This document shows positions 44,905 to 54,807 of a DNA stretch of 56,177 bases, piece after piece. The position numbers and the translations under genes were made by a program. Within the stretch, counting starts at the first letter, position 1; every line of letters starts with the position of its first letter. The notes beneath the pieces were generated by a model, which was not told where the DNA came from, made no database searches, and saw only the letters and a list, made by a program, of their open reading frames with translations. This stretch comes from Eubacteriales bacterium (lineage in GTDB: Bacteria > Bacillota > Clostridia > Oscillospirales > CAG-272): positions 1 through 56,177 of the forward strand of contig JAZLCX010000131.1 of NCBI GenBank assembly GCA_045614425.1, in the 5' to 3' direction.

Positions 44905-46487
44905 ATGATAAAGATTGACGTAAATGTTCCGATATCATATACCGAGAGCGATGTTGAAGACGCTATTATCTCCTCTATACCGCTTAAAAAGAGTGAAATC
45001 AAAAGTTCTCAAATAATAAAAAGAACCCTTTCCGTAAAGGATAAGGAAAAGCTGCATTATAAAATGACGGTTGCAATAGACCTTGAAGAAGAACGCGAGG
45101 CGGGGCTTCTCAAAATGAGAAAGAAGGTCTCCCCGTATTTTGAGGAGATATTCACAGCGCCTAAATCAAACCTGACCTCACGCCCCGTCGTAGTGGGAAG
45201 CGGACCTGCGGGACTTTTTGCAGCCCTCGTGCTTTCTGAGGCGGGTGCGCACCCGATAGTTCTTGAGAGAGGATTGTCAGTCGAAAAAAGACGGGAAAAG
45301 GTGGATTTATTTCACACCCTGTCCGTCATAGACCCCGAGTGCAACGTTCAGTTCGGCGAGGGCGGCGCGGGAACCTATTCTGACGGAAAGCTGAAAAGCG
45401 GCGCTCCCGACAAATATAACAGAAAGGTTCTTTCGGAGTTCGTTTCTGCAGGCGCAGAGGAGGAAATAATGTATTCCTCATCGGCCCATCTCGGAACGGA
45501 TAAGCTCTCCGATATCGTAAAGAATATAAGAGAGAGGATTATATCTCTCGGCGGTGAATTTATCTTTTCCGCCCGTCTTACCGACATAAAAATAAGGGAT
45601 GGCAGGGTGAAGTCGGCGATTTTTGAAAAGGACGGACACGAGGAAGAAATTCCTACCGAAAGCATAATTCTTGCCGCAGGCCACAGCGCAAAAGACACCT
45701 TTGAGATGCTACTCCGCATCGGCGTACCAATTCAGCCGCGCGGCTTCGGTATAGGTGTCAGAATCGAGCATCCGCGCGAATATATAAATTCACTCGTATA
45801 CGGAAATAACGCTCCCGACGGAATTGAAACTGCGAGCTACCGCCTTGTAACCCACCTGAAAAACGGAAGAAGCGTTTACAGCTTCTGTATGTGCCCCGGC
45901 GGAACGGTTGTTGCCGCATCCTCTGAAAAAGAGGGTATAGTTACTAACGGTATGAGCGAATATATGCGCGACGGAGAGAATTCGAACGCCGCCTTTCTCG
46001 TTTCGGTAACACCCGATGATTTCGGCTCGGAATCCGCTCTTTCGGGACTTGAGTTCCAAAGGAAAATAGAGAGGGGTGCGTATAAGCTCACAAACAGCTA
46101 TAAAGCGCCCGCGATAACTATGTCGGATTTTGAAAATAAATCAAGCCGACTTCTCTTTCATCGGTTAATCCCACCTACCCGATAGGTGTTGAGCCGATTT
46201 CTCCCGACGAATATTTGCCCGACTTTATATGTGAGTCCTTAAGGGCGTCAATCTCTGACTTTGATGAGTGGATGCCCGGATTCCGTTACGGCGATGCCGT
46301 ATTGACGGGCCCTGAAACCCGTTCAACCTCACCCGTGCGAATTCTCAGAACGGAAAAATATCAAACGCTCACAATTTCGGGACTTTATCCGGCCGGAGAG
46401 GGCGCGGGATATGCCGGCGGTATAGTTTCCTCTGCTGTTGACGGAATTAAGTGCGCCGAGGCGCTGTTAAAAAGAAAAGGAGAATAA
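44905..46487 (+). pseudogene. FAD-dependent protein (COG2509-like) split by a 1-nt frameshift near 46132-46141
   Basis: ORF 44905..46185 carries the dinucleotide-binding motif VVVGSGPAGLFAAL. The conserved C-terminus (GPETRSTSPVRI...GLYPAGEGAGYAGGIVSSAVDG) is in ORF 46215..46487, in the -1 frame. That frame is open from 46140 (IKPTSLSSVNPTYPIGVEPISPDEYLPDF...). The switch falls at the A-rich run gaaaataaatc. Confidence 0.75.
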
Positions 46488-46489
46488 TT

Positions 46490-47473
46490 ATGAAAACACC
46501 TATAAGCCTTATAATAGATGACCCCGCCCCTATAATATCGGTACAATACGAGGGCACGTCACACAAATTTACAAAATACGGAAAGCCGCTCATGCCCACC
46601 TTTCCAAACAGCTATTTAGATACTTTTTGCGATATTGCTGAGCGCTGGGGAATGCGCGGAAAATTTTCGGTAGTTCCCATGCCGGGAAATAAGGGGGACG
46701 TAGTAAACGGACTTCACGGAGTTCCCGATGAAGAGCTTCAGCAGTGGCTCGGCACAGTACGTAAAAGACTTGTGCCGTCATTCAGCATATGTCCCGAGAT
46801 GCTTACGCATTGCAACGCCATCGACCTCGAAAGCGGCGAGGAACTTAATATGGACGAGTGTCAGTGGTCGAAAACGCAGGACAGGACTACTTTGACTCCT
46901 TACATAGCAAAGGCTCTTTCGCTTCTCAAGGATGTTGGCCTTGATTCAATAGGCGTAACGTCGCCATGGTCGTTTGGAAAGCTCGTTGAAGAGGAGTACG
47001 TGTATTCCATTTCAAAGGCAGTGTATGAGGTCACAGGCTCGGAAAAATCCTGGCTCTTCGGACGCTCGCTTCGCGAAAGACCTAATGCAAGGCCTTGGGT
47101 AGATTATGACCGAGAGGGCAGAATACTCGTGGCAATCCCCTCCACGACGAGGGATAAAATTCTAAAGACTCTTGAGTGCGATGATGTTAGCGAGGAGTTC
47201 GTTTCATCGGTAGCCGACGAGCTTATCACCGCCGACGGCAAATCCGGTGCGATAATAGACGTTCTTAATACCGGCGGATTTCCTATTCTTATAACTCATT
47301 GGCAATGCTTGATTTCCAATGGACTCGGTACGGGAATGCGGGTGCTTGACGAAATAGGCCGCCGTATAAATGACAATCTTTCCGACAAGGTTCGCTGGAT
47401 GAGCTTTGAGGAAATTATGGATTTGGTTATAGAAAACAAGGAAGATTATCCGAGGCCAATCTTTGACAACTGA
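46490..47473 (+). CDS. Hypothetical protein (327 aa)
   Basis: The track ORF is 46451..47473. I prefer the ATG at 46490, which follows aaaaggaga. It starts 2 nt after the stop of the preceding gene. There is no signal peptide and I recognise no family. Confidence 0.6.
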   Translation: MKTPISLIIDDPAPIISVQYEGTSHKFTKYGKPLMPTFPNSYLDTFCDIAERWGMRGKFSVVPMPGNKGDVVNGLHGVPDEELQQWLGTVRKRLVPSFSICPEMLTHCNAIDLESGEELNMDECQWSKTQDRTTLTPYIAKALSLLKDVGLDSIGVTSPWSFGKLVEEEYVYSISKAVYEVTGSEKSWLFGRSLRERPNARPWVDYDREGRILVAIPSTTRDKILKTLECDDVSEEFVSSVADELITADGKSGAIIDVLNTGGFPILITHWQCLISNGLGTGMRVLDEIGRRINDNLSDKVRWMSFEEIMDLVIENKEDYPRPIFDN

Positions 47474-47542
47474 AAAATTAAAAGAGCAAGCACTGTGGAA
47501 AAAAATTCTCGCAGGCCTGCTCTTTTTCATTTTTCGATTTGA

Positions 47543-47686
47543 TTATTTGCAGTCGTTGTTCTTTGCCTTCTGACTGTTCTGATTCTGATTTTTGTTTTGA
47601 TTCTGATTCTGGTTCTGATTCTGGTTCTGATTCTGATTTTTGTTCTGGTTCTGATTCTGGTTCTGATTTTTGTTCTGGTTGTTCAT
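47543..47686 (-). CDS. 47-aa Asn/Gln-repeat micro-protein
   Basis: The sequence is MNNQNKNQNQNQNQNKNQNQNQNQNQNQNQNKNQNQNSQKAKNNDCK. The ATG (complement of 47684-47686) lies 4 nt after the strong RBS aagaggtgg. The upstream track start at 47746 has no RBS. Confidence 0.5.
   Translation of the reverse strand: MNNQNKNQNQNQNQNKNQNQNQNQNQNQNQNKNQNQNSQKAKNNDCK
47575..47683. repeat. Tandem hexanucleotide repeat (ctgatt/ctggtt units, interrupted by tttttg)
   Basis: About 18 head-to-tail 6-nt units are visible in the plus-strand text. They encode the (NQ)n tract of the micro-ORF. Confidence 0.9.
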
Positions 47687-47776
47687 TTTTCCACCTCTTT
47701 TTCTTGATTTGAAAATAGTTTGCCTGATTTTCAGCCGACTATGCATTAAATATAACGTATATTTTTTTGATAGGTA

Positions 47777-47805
47777 TTGACTGCGTGTATAAAGTATGTT
47801 AGAAT
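47777..47805 (+). promoter_or_regulatory. Putative sigma-A promoter of the V-ATPase operon (TTGACT-17-TAGAAT)
   Basis: Hexamers at 47777-47782 and 47800-47805. Confidence 0.55.
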
Positions 47806-47838
47806 TATAATAATTATATAATACATAGGGAAGAATAC

Positions 47839-47875
47839 TAAGGAACCAGCTGTCTGCAGGGATGTTGGTTCCTTA
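47839..47875 (+). promoter_or_regulatory. 10-bp stem hairpin in the V-ATPase 5' leader
   Basis: taaggaacca - 17-nt loop - tggttcctta, followed by tgtcttttt. It lies between the putative -10 and the RBS aaaggaga. Confidence 0.45.
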
Positions 47876-47916
47876 TGTCTTTTTACGGTTAAATTTTATA
47901 AAAAGGAGACAGATTT

Positions 47917-48522
47917 ATGGAAGTACAGCTCCAAGAGCTCATTGAAGAGATCAAAAAAGAAGGCGTCATGGCTGCCGAGGCTGAGGCAAAAAGCATCATC
48001 GACGCGGCAAAGAAAGAAGCTGAAAAAATAGTTCAGGATGCGCGCCGTGAGGCAGACAGACTTATGGCAAACGCCAAAAGCGAAAACGAGCGCACGGTAA
48101 AGTCGGGCGAGGAAGCCTTGCGCCAGGCGGGCCGAAATCTTCTTATTTCCTTTAGGGAGAGCGTGACAAGAGAGATTAAGGCTATCGTAAGCGAAAGCGT
48201 TGCCGGTGCATATTCATCGGAGGCTCTTGCTGCCATTATAATCAAATGCGTTGAAAATTGGGCAAAGATGCCCGACGCCGAAAATATCGCCGTAATACTT
48301 AACGAAAAGGAGCTTTCGGAAATCGAAAGTCTCGTTTTAGCCGGCTTGAACGGAAAAATAAATAAGGGAATAACCCTTAAGGCAAACGATAATTTTGACG
48401 GCGGATTCCGTATTGCCGTAAATTCTGACGGCGCATATTACGATTATTCTGCGGAGGCTGTAGTTGATATGCTTTCCTCATATCTCAGCCCCAAGGTCGT
48501 TAAGCTTCTGAAAGAGGCGTAA
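47917..48522 (+). CDS. ntpE: V-type ATP synthase subunit E
   Basis: 201 aa. The N-terminal half is charged and Ala/Glu/Lys-rich (AEAEAKSIIDAAKKEAEKIVQDARREADRL) and the C-terminus is globular. It is first in the V-ATPase gene order. Confidence 0.8.
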   Translation: MEVQLQELIEEIKKEGVMAAEAEAKSIIDAAKKEAEKIVQDARREADRLMANAKSENERTVKSGEEALRQAGRNLLISFRESVTREIKAIVSESVAGAYSSEALAAIIIKCVENWAKMPDAENIAVILNEKELSEIESLVLAGLNGKINKGITLKANDNFDGGFRIAVNSDGAYYDYSAEAVVDMLSSYLSPKVVKLLKEA

Positions 48523-48607
48523 GGCTTGAAAAGGTAGTTTTCAAACAACGACGTTTAGAAGCAGCACAAAGTCGAAATAGTCGCACTTGAAAGGAATGGT
48601 CATATAT

Positions 48608-49162
48608 ATGGCTGAATATTATCTGATTTCACAGCTGCCGTCCCTTGACGGCATAAGTGACGGTATGCCGATTCCCATCACGGAGGATGGATTTCTTGAG
48701 CTGTGCCGCCGTAACTTAGGAAAAAAGACGCTCGGTGAAATTGAAAAACTGACGCTGACACCGTCGCCCGAAGAGGAAAAATCAGCTTCGTCTTTGGTCG
48801 ATTCTTGGTGCAGGGATGAGCGGAATTTGCGCATAGCATTAGCCAAGGCGCGAGCGGACAGAATGGGGCGCGAATTTGTTTTCGAAAAAAGAAATATACC
48901 GTCCGAAATTTTAAAAACAGCAAAATCAGCGGTGGAAATAGAAAATCCGCTTGAAGCGGAAAAATTTCTCCTCTGTCACCGCCTTTTGAAATTGGAAGAG
49001 GCAAGACCAATGAACAGCTTCTCCGACGAGTACCTTTTTTATTACGCGCTGAAGCTTAAGCTTTTAATGAGGATAAGAGCGTTTGATAGGGAAACAGGCG
49101 AAGCCACGTACAAAAATATTTACGACTCCGTTTTAAGCGGAGATAAGCTGGAGGCTGAATGA
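48608..49162 (+). CDS. V-ATPase-associated protein (DUF2764-like, in the place of subunit C/d)
   Basis: About 184 aa between the E and A genes. The start is uncertain: the track gives 48587, and ATGs occur at 48596 and 48608. The assignment rests on operon position and on memory of Bacteroidetes/spirochaete-type V-ATPase operons. Confidence 0.5.
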   Translation: MAEYYLISQLPSLDGISDGMPIPITEDGFLELCRRNLGKKTLGEIEKLTLTPSPEEEKSASSLVDSWCRDERNLRIALAKARADRMGREFVFEKRNIPSEILKTAKSAVEIENPLEAEKFLLCHRLLKLEEARPMNSFSDEYLFYYALKLKLLMRIRAFDRETGEATYKNIYDSVLSGDKLEAE

Positions 49163-50931
49163 TGAGCGAAAATATTGGAAAGGTTATCAGCATTAACGGA
49201 AACCTGATATCCGTAAGATTTTACGGAAACGTTTCCATGAACGAAATATGCTACGTTAAGGTTGACGGCACTTCGCTTAAAAGCGAGGTTATCCGTATAA
49301 GAGGAGACGTTGCCGAGATACAAGTCTATGAAATGACGGGCGGTATCAAATGCGGCGATGACGTTGAATTTACAGGAGAAATGCTCTCCGCGGAGCTTGG
49401 CCCCGGACTGCTCGGACAAATCTACGACGGTCTTCAAAATCCGCTTCCCGCATTAGCCGAGAGGGCGGGTTGGTTCCTTGAGCGCGGAAACTACGCGGAC
49501 GGATTAAGCTATGAGAAGAAGTGGGAATTTACCCCCATAGCTAAGGTCGGCGATACTCTCCGTGCAGGTGAGTATATCGGAAGCGTTCCCGAGGGAGCAT
49601 TTACACATAAGATATTCATACCGTTTTATTTAAACGGAAGCTACAAGGTGAAATCCATTGCGGATAAGGGCGAATATACGGTGAAGGAAACTGTCGCTGT
49701 GGTTACCGATGAGCGCGGCCGTGAAATACCCGTCACAATGTCGTTCAAGTGGCCGGTAAAACGCGCTATAACCTGCTACAGCGAAAGACTTAAGCCTGTC
49801 GAAACAATGGAGACAAAGGTTCGCCTTGTCGACTCCTTTTTCCCTGTGGCAAAGGGCGGTACTTACTGTACTCCCGGCCCGTTCGGTGCAGGTAAGACGG
49901 TTTTGCAGCATACCACCTCGAAATATGCAGACGTTGATATAGTAATAATAGCTGCTTGCGGTGAGCGTGCGGGTGAGGTTGTTGAAACTCTGACGGAATT
50001 CCCCGAGCTTATCGACCCCAAGACCGGCCGTTCGCTTATGGAAAGAACTATTATTATATGCAATACCTCGTCTATGCCGGTTGCCTCGCGTGAGGCTTCG
50101 GTTTATACCTCTGTGACACTCGCAGAGTATTATCGTCAGATGGGACTTAACGTTCTCCTTCTTGCCGATTCGACGTCACGTTGGGCGCAGGCGCTTCGTG
50201 AAATGTCGGGCAGACTTGAGGAAATTCCCGGTGAGGAGGCATTCCCCGCATACCTCGAATCCTATATTGCGGCCTTTTACGAGAGAGCGGGATACGTCCT
50301 TCTTCCCGACGGCACCAAGGGCTCGGTTACAATAGGCGGAACGGTTTCACCCGCAGGCGGTAACTTTGAAGAGCCGGTTACCCAGGCAACTCTTAAGGTT
50401 GTCGGCGCATTCCACGGACTTTCGCGCGAACGCTCGGATGCCAGAAAGTATCCGGCTATCGACCCGCTCATTTCCTGGTCGAAGTATCAGGGTGTCATAG
50501 ACCAAAAGAAAACCGACTACTGCAAAAATATCATTCATCACGGCGGAGAAGTAGATGCTATGATGAAGGTTATCGGCGAAGAGGGAACAACACTTGCCGA
50601 TTATATAATTTACGTTAAATCCGAAATGCTCGATTCGGTATATCTTCAGCAGAACTCGTTTGACTTGGTAGATGCAAACTGCACAAGAGACCGTCAAAGA
50701 TACGTTATTGATAAGCTTATTACGGTTCTCGGCAGTGACTACGAGCTTAACAGTAAGGACGAGGCGCGTGCATTCTTCAACCGTATGCGTCAGAAATTCA
50801 TCAACTGGAATTATACGGAATTCAAGAGCGACGAGTTTGAGAAGGCAGAGGGCGAAATCGACGCGCTTTACAGCGAAAAGTCCGGTACACTGACAGGTGT
50901 TGCCGAGAGCTTGTTAAAGGACGGTGAGTGA
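49159..50931 (+). CDS. ntpA: V-type ATP synthase catalytic subunit A
   Basis: 590 aa with Walker [17 protein letters not shown], and the non-homologous insert typical of A subunits. Confidence 0.95.
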   Translation: MMSENIGKVISINGNLISVRFYGNVSMNEICYVKVDGTSLKSEVIRIRGDVAEIQVYEMTGGIKCGDDVEFTGEMLSAELGPGLLGQIYDGLQNPLPALAERAGWFLERGNYADGLSYEKKWEFTPIAKVGDTLRAGEYIGSVPEGAFTHKIFIPFYLNGSYKVKSIADKGEYTVKETVAVVTDERGREIPVTMSFKWPVKRAITCYSERLKPVETMETKVRLVDSFFPVAKGGTYCTPGPFGAGKTVLQHTTSKYADVDIVIIAACGERAGEVVETLTEFPELIDPKTGRSLMERTIIICNTSSMPVASREASVYTSVTLAEYYRQMGLNVLLLADSTSRWAQALREMSGRLEEIPGEEAFPAYLESYIAAFYERAGYVLLPDGTKGSVTIGGTVSPAGGNFEEPVTQATLKVVGAFHGLSRERSDARKYPAIDPLISWSKYQGVIDQKKTDYCKNIIHHGGEVDAMMKVIGEEGTTLADYIIYVKSEMLDSVYLQQNSFDLVDANCTRDRQRYVIDKLITVLGSDYELNSKDEARAFFNRMRQKFINWNYTEFKSDEFEKAEGEIDALYSEKSGTLTGVAESLLKDGE

Positions 50932-50933
50932 AA

Positions 50934-52229
50934 ATGAATAAGGTATATAACAAAATCGAATCCATCGTCGGCAACGTTATTACGGTTAAGGCAACCGGTG
51001 TAAGATATAACGAGCTTGCAGAGATTACCACGCGCTTCGGAAAATCCTTGGCAGAGGTTATTAAGATTGACGGCGATACCGTATCCTTGCAGGTCTTTTC
51101 AGGCGGTAAGGGTGTTTCCACGGGAGACGAAATCCGCTTCTTCGGTCACGAAATGCGAATTTCCTTCAGCGAGGATTTGCTCGGACGTATTTTCAACGGC
51201 TCGGGTGAGCCGAGGGATAAGGGACCGGCGCTTACCGACAATATGAAGCCTATCGGCGGACCGTCGGTTAACCCCACAAAGCGTATTCTTGCAAACAGAA
51301 TGCTACGAACGAACATTCCGATGATTGATATGTTCAATACCCTTGTCGTGTCGCAAAAACTGCCGATTTTCTCTATTTCCGGTGAGCCCTATAACCAGCT
51401 CCTTGCACGTATTGCGATGCAGGCAGAGGCTGACGTCATAGTGCTTGGCGGTATGGGACTTAAATACGACGATTTTCTCTACTTTAAGGAAGAGCTTTCA
51501 CGCGGCGGCGCGCTCAGCAAAACCGTTATGTTTATTCATACGGCATCCGACCCCACCGTTGAATGTATGATGATTCCGGATATGGCGCTTGCCGTTGCGG
51601 AGCAGTTCGCTCTTCAGGATAAGGACGTTCTCGTTCTTCTTACCGACATGACGAACTTCGCTGATGCTATGAAGGAAATCGCTATTACTCAGGAGCAGGT
51701 TCCCTCAAACCGCGGCTATCCCGGAGACCTCTATTCTCAGCTTGCGGCACGCTATGAAAAGGCGGTCGACTTTGCTGATTCCGGCTCTGTAACGGTGCTT
51801 GCGGTTACCACTATGCCGGGTGATGACGTAACGCACCCCGTTCCCGACAACACCGGATATATTACCGAGGGACAGTATTACCTTAAGGGAGGACGAATTG
51901 AGCCGTTTGGTTCGCTTTCCCGTCTTAAGCAGAACGTCAACAGCAAAACCAGAAAAGACCACAGAGCGCTTATGGACGGAATGATTCGTCTTTATTCCGA
52001 ATATAAGGAAACGCTTGAAAAGAAAAACATGGGATTTTCCATGAGCCGTTGGGATGAAAAGCTCCTTAAATACGGCGAGCTCTTTGAAAAGGAGCTTATG
52101 GATTTGTCCGTTAACCTTTCGCTCGAAGAATCCTTGGACCTCGGCTGGAAAATTCTCGCAGCTTGCTTTGCCAAGGATGAGACCGGAATTAAGTCGGCAT
52201 TGACCGATGAATTTTGGCCCGAAGGGTAA
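50934..52229 (+). CDS. ntpB: V-type ATP synthase subunit B
   Basis: The track start is GTG 50928. I prefer the ATG at 50934 ([18 protein letters not shown]). Motifs include [18 protein letters not shown] and a degenerate P-loop. Confidence 0.95.
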   Translation: MNKVYNKIESIVGNVITVKATGVRYNELAEITTRFGKSLAEVIKIDGDTVSLQVFSGGKGVSTGDEIRFFGHEMRISFSEDLLGRIFNGSGEPRDKGPALTDNMKPIGGPSVNPTKRILANRMLRTNIPMIDMFNTLVVSQKLPIFSISGEPYNQLLARIAMQAEADVIVLGGMGLKYDDFLYFKEELSRGGALSKTVMFIHTASDPTVECMMIPDMALAVAEQFALQDKDVLVLLTDMTNFADAMKEIAITQEQVPSNRGYPGDLYSQLAARYEKAVDFADSGSVTVLAVTTMPGDDVTHPVPDNTGYITEGQYYLKGGRIEPFGSLSRLKQNVNSKTRKDHRALMDGMIRLYSEYKETLEKKNMGFSMSRWDEKLLKYGELFEKELMDLSVNLSLEESLDLGWKILAACFAKDETGIKSALTDEFWPEG

Positions 52230-52243
52230 GGAGGTCTTGAATC

Positions 52244-52876
52244 TTGGCAAAAATCAAATTAACCAAAAACGAGTTAAAGGTACAGAAGGACGCTCTCAAA
52301 ATGTACCGAAGATATTTGCCTACACTGACACTCAAAAAACAACAGCTTCAGTCGGAAATACGCGCCATCGAAGCCAAAGCGAAAGAAGTAAGAAAACAGA
52401 AGACCGAGCTCGAAGAGGGCTTTAGGGATTGGATTTGTGTTTTCAGCGAAAAAGAGGCTTTCCCCGAGGGAATAGTTAAGGTAAGCAATATAAGACGCGG
52501 TGAAGGTAATATCGCCGGCGTTGATATTCCTACCTTTGAGGGAGCGGATTTTTCGCGCGGTGAATACGATTTGTATTTCACACCGCTTTGGGTAGATATG
52601 GCGGCAGACCATATGGAAAAGGCTATTATGCTCGACCTTGAGGCAGAAGTGTTAGATGAACAGGTGCGGCTTTTGGAGTCGGAGCTACGCTCGACCTCTC
52701 AAAGAGTAAATCTGTTTGAAAAGGTAAAAATCCCCGAAGCCGAGGAAAATATCAAGAAAATATCAATTTATATGGCAGACCAACAGGTCAGTGCCGTGGT
52801 ACGCTCTAAAATATCTAAGAGCAAGATTGCCGTTCGCGGCAGCGAATCACCCACAGAGGAGGTGTATTCGTTATGA
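52244..52876 (+). CDS. ntpD: V-type ATP synthase subunit D (central stalk)
   Basis: 210 aa, TTG start 9 nt after aggagg. The N-terminus KLTKNELKVQKDALKMYRRYLPTLTLKKQQL and the C-terminal helix are typical of subunit D. Confidence 0.9.
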   Translation: MAKIKLTKNELKVQKDALKMYRRYLPTLTLKKQQLQSEIRAIEAKAKEVRKQKTELEEGFRDWICVFSEKEAFPEGIVKVSNIRRGEGNIAGVDIPTFEGADFSRGEYDLYFTPLWVDMAADHMEKAIMLDLEAEVLDEQVRLLESELRSTSQRVNLFEKVKIPEAEENIKKISIYMADQQVSAVVRSKISKSKIAVRGSESPTEEVYSL

Positions 52877-54786
52877 TAGTACCAATGAAAAAAATCTCTC
52901 TCATAACAAGAACAGAGAAAAAGGAACAAACCCTGAAGACTCTCCGTAAGCTCGGAATAATTCACATTGAGGTGAAAGAGGCGTCGTCAGATCAAATCAC
53001 TCTTGTTAGCGAGAGGATCGCATATCTCGAAAACGTGCTTTTCCTGATAGGAAAGGGAAAGCCCGTGCCTCAAATTGACCTTGCCGCGTCGGACGTCATG
53101 TCGATAGCCCGTGAGGTCACAGAGCTCAGTGAGCAACGTAAAGAGTGTATAGCGGAATTTATTTCGCTTAGCGCAGAGCTTGACAGACTCAAGAGCTGGG
53201 GAGATATAGATCCCGAAAGCATAAGCGAGCTTCGGGAGCGCGGAGTCGAGCTTCAAATTTATGAAATGTCGAAATCCGAATATAAGTCGCTTCCCGACAG
53301 CATAAAAACCGTGAGAATAGGCGCGGCAAAGTCTACGGTGAAGTTTTTGCTTATGAAAAACGGCTCTGACGGTGAGGAAGAGACGCTTGAGGCTATTAAG
53401 AATTTCAGACTCGCTTTGCCGAATGAATCAACGGGCGCGATGAATGAAAAAATCTCGAGCCTTGCCACCCGTGTCGAAGAAATCGACAAAAAAATAGAAT
53501 CTCATCTTTGTTGTACAGACGCAATAAAGAAGGAGCTCTACCGTCTTAAAAAAGAGCTTGAATTTGAGACCTATTCGGAGGGGATGGAAGCTGAAAAGCT
53601 ATCAGATGATGCCACCCGTGCGGTTTCTATTGCCTATTTTAAGGGATATATAGAGGCTGAAAAGGCTGATATACTGAAAAAAACCGCCTCGGACAATTCA
53701 TGGGGACTTCTTATCGAGGACCCGACACCCGAGGATAACGTTCCGACGAAGCTTAAAAACAACAGATTCGTAAGCCTTATCTATCCGATAATGGACTTTT
53801 TGGGCACAGTTCCCGGGTATTTTGAGTATGACATCTCGGGTTGGTTTTTATCCTTTATACTGATATTCTTCGGCATTATTTTCGGCGACGGCGGTTATGG
53901 TCTCTTGATTTGTGCTGTCGCTCTCGTGCCTATCGTAAGGTCGCTTGTCTTGAAGAAAAAGCCGTCCCCCGCATTCTTGCTTGTGGGACTGTTCGGATTA
54001 TCAACTGTTTTGTGGGGCACACTCACGTGTACCTGGTTCGGTCTTTCACCCGATATGCTTCCGTCTTGGTTGAAATCTCTCTCCGTTCCCGTAATTTCAA
54101 ACGTGTACGGCGATAAGATATGGTATCCGTTCTGGACGGGCGGCACAGTCGGACTTACTACCGCACAAAACGTGCAGATCCTTTGCTTTACGCTGGCGCT
54201 TGTGCAGCTCTCGGTAGCTCATATAAAAGGAGCGCGGAGAAACAGTCGTTCGATTAAAATGCTCGGTGATTTCGGCTCGGTAATGCAGCTTTTAGGTATG
54301 TATTACCTTGTACTGAGCCTTGTTGTAAATTCCGACGTGTTCAGTTTCGGACTTGTTATAAAAGGTATCCCTGTCGGCACGGTAGCCATCCTCTTGATAG
54401 GTGTCGGATTCCTTTTGAAATTTGTTTTCGCAAACTATGAGGGAAGTATAGTAAAGTCAATTCTTGCAAGCCTTAAAGATATCGTATCGGTCCTTCTCGG
54501 TGTAGTAAACGTATTTTCGGATATAGTCTCCTACATTCGACTTTGGGCAGTCGGTCTTGCGGGTGCAGCAATATCCGCAACGGTAAACGACCTTGTCGGA
54601 CCGCTGCTCGGCGGATTTATGTTTATTATACTTGCAATAGTTCTTCTCGTGTTCGGACACGGACTCAATATGATTTTGAACGTCCTGTCTGTTATAGTTC
54701 ACGGTATAAGACTTAATACCCTCGAGTTTTCTTCTCACTTAGATATGTCCTGGAGCGGACATAAATTCAAACCGTTTGAAAATTAA
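52873..54786 (+). CDS. ntpI: V-type ATP synthase subunit I (a-subunit, stator/proton channel)
   Basis: 637 aa. The N-terminal half is soluble and coiled-coil-like. The C-terminal half is polytopic and carries the conserved Arg context YIRLWAVGLAG. Confidence 0.9.
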   Translation: MIVPMKKISLITRTEKKEQTLKTLRKLGIIHIEVKEASSDQITLVSERIAYLENVLFLIGKGKPVPQIDLAASDVMSIAREVTELSEQRKECIAEFISLSAELDRLKSWGDIDPESISELRERGVELQIYEMSKSEYKSLPDSIKTVRIGAAKSTVKFLLMKNGSDGEEETLEAIKNFRLALPNESTGAMNEKISSLATRVEEIDKKIESHLCCTDAIKKELYRLKKELEFETYSEGMEAEKLSDDATRAVSIAYFKGYIEAEKADILKKTASDNSWGLLIEDPTPEDNVPTKLKNNRFVSLIYPIMDFLGTVPGYFEYDISGWFLSFILIFFGIIFGDGGYGLLICAVALVPIVRSLVLKKKPSPAFLLVGLFGLSTVLWGTLTCTWFGLSPDMLPSWLKSLSVPVISNVYGDKIWYPFWTGGTVGLTTAQNVQILCFTLALVQLSVAHIKGARRNSRSIKMLGDFGSVMQLLGMYYLVLSLVVNSDVFSFGLVIKGIPVGTVAILLIGVGFLLKFVFANYEGSIVKSILASLKDIVSVLLGVVNVFSDIVSYIRLWAVGLAGAAISATVNDLVGPLLGGFMFIILAIVLLVFGHGLNMILNVLSVIVHGIRLNTLEFSSHLDMSWSGHKFKPFEN

Positions 54787-54807
54787 TAAAATATAAGGAG
54801 TACAGTT

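Noticed and set aside
46132-46141. Programmed -1 ribosomal frameshifting as the explanation for the split FAD-dependent gene.
   Set aside because: There is no canonical X_XXY_YYZ slippery heptamer in the zero frame at the junction, and no obvious downstream stimulatory hairpin or pseudoknot. A mutation or a homopolymer sequencing error is more parsimonious.
47479-47527. Possible terminator aaaagagca…tgctctttt between the 327-aa gene and the NQ micro-ORF.
   Set aside because: The 9-bp arms are separated by a ~31-nt loop with little internal pairing, which is too weak to call as a terminator with confidence.
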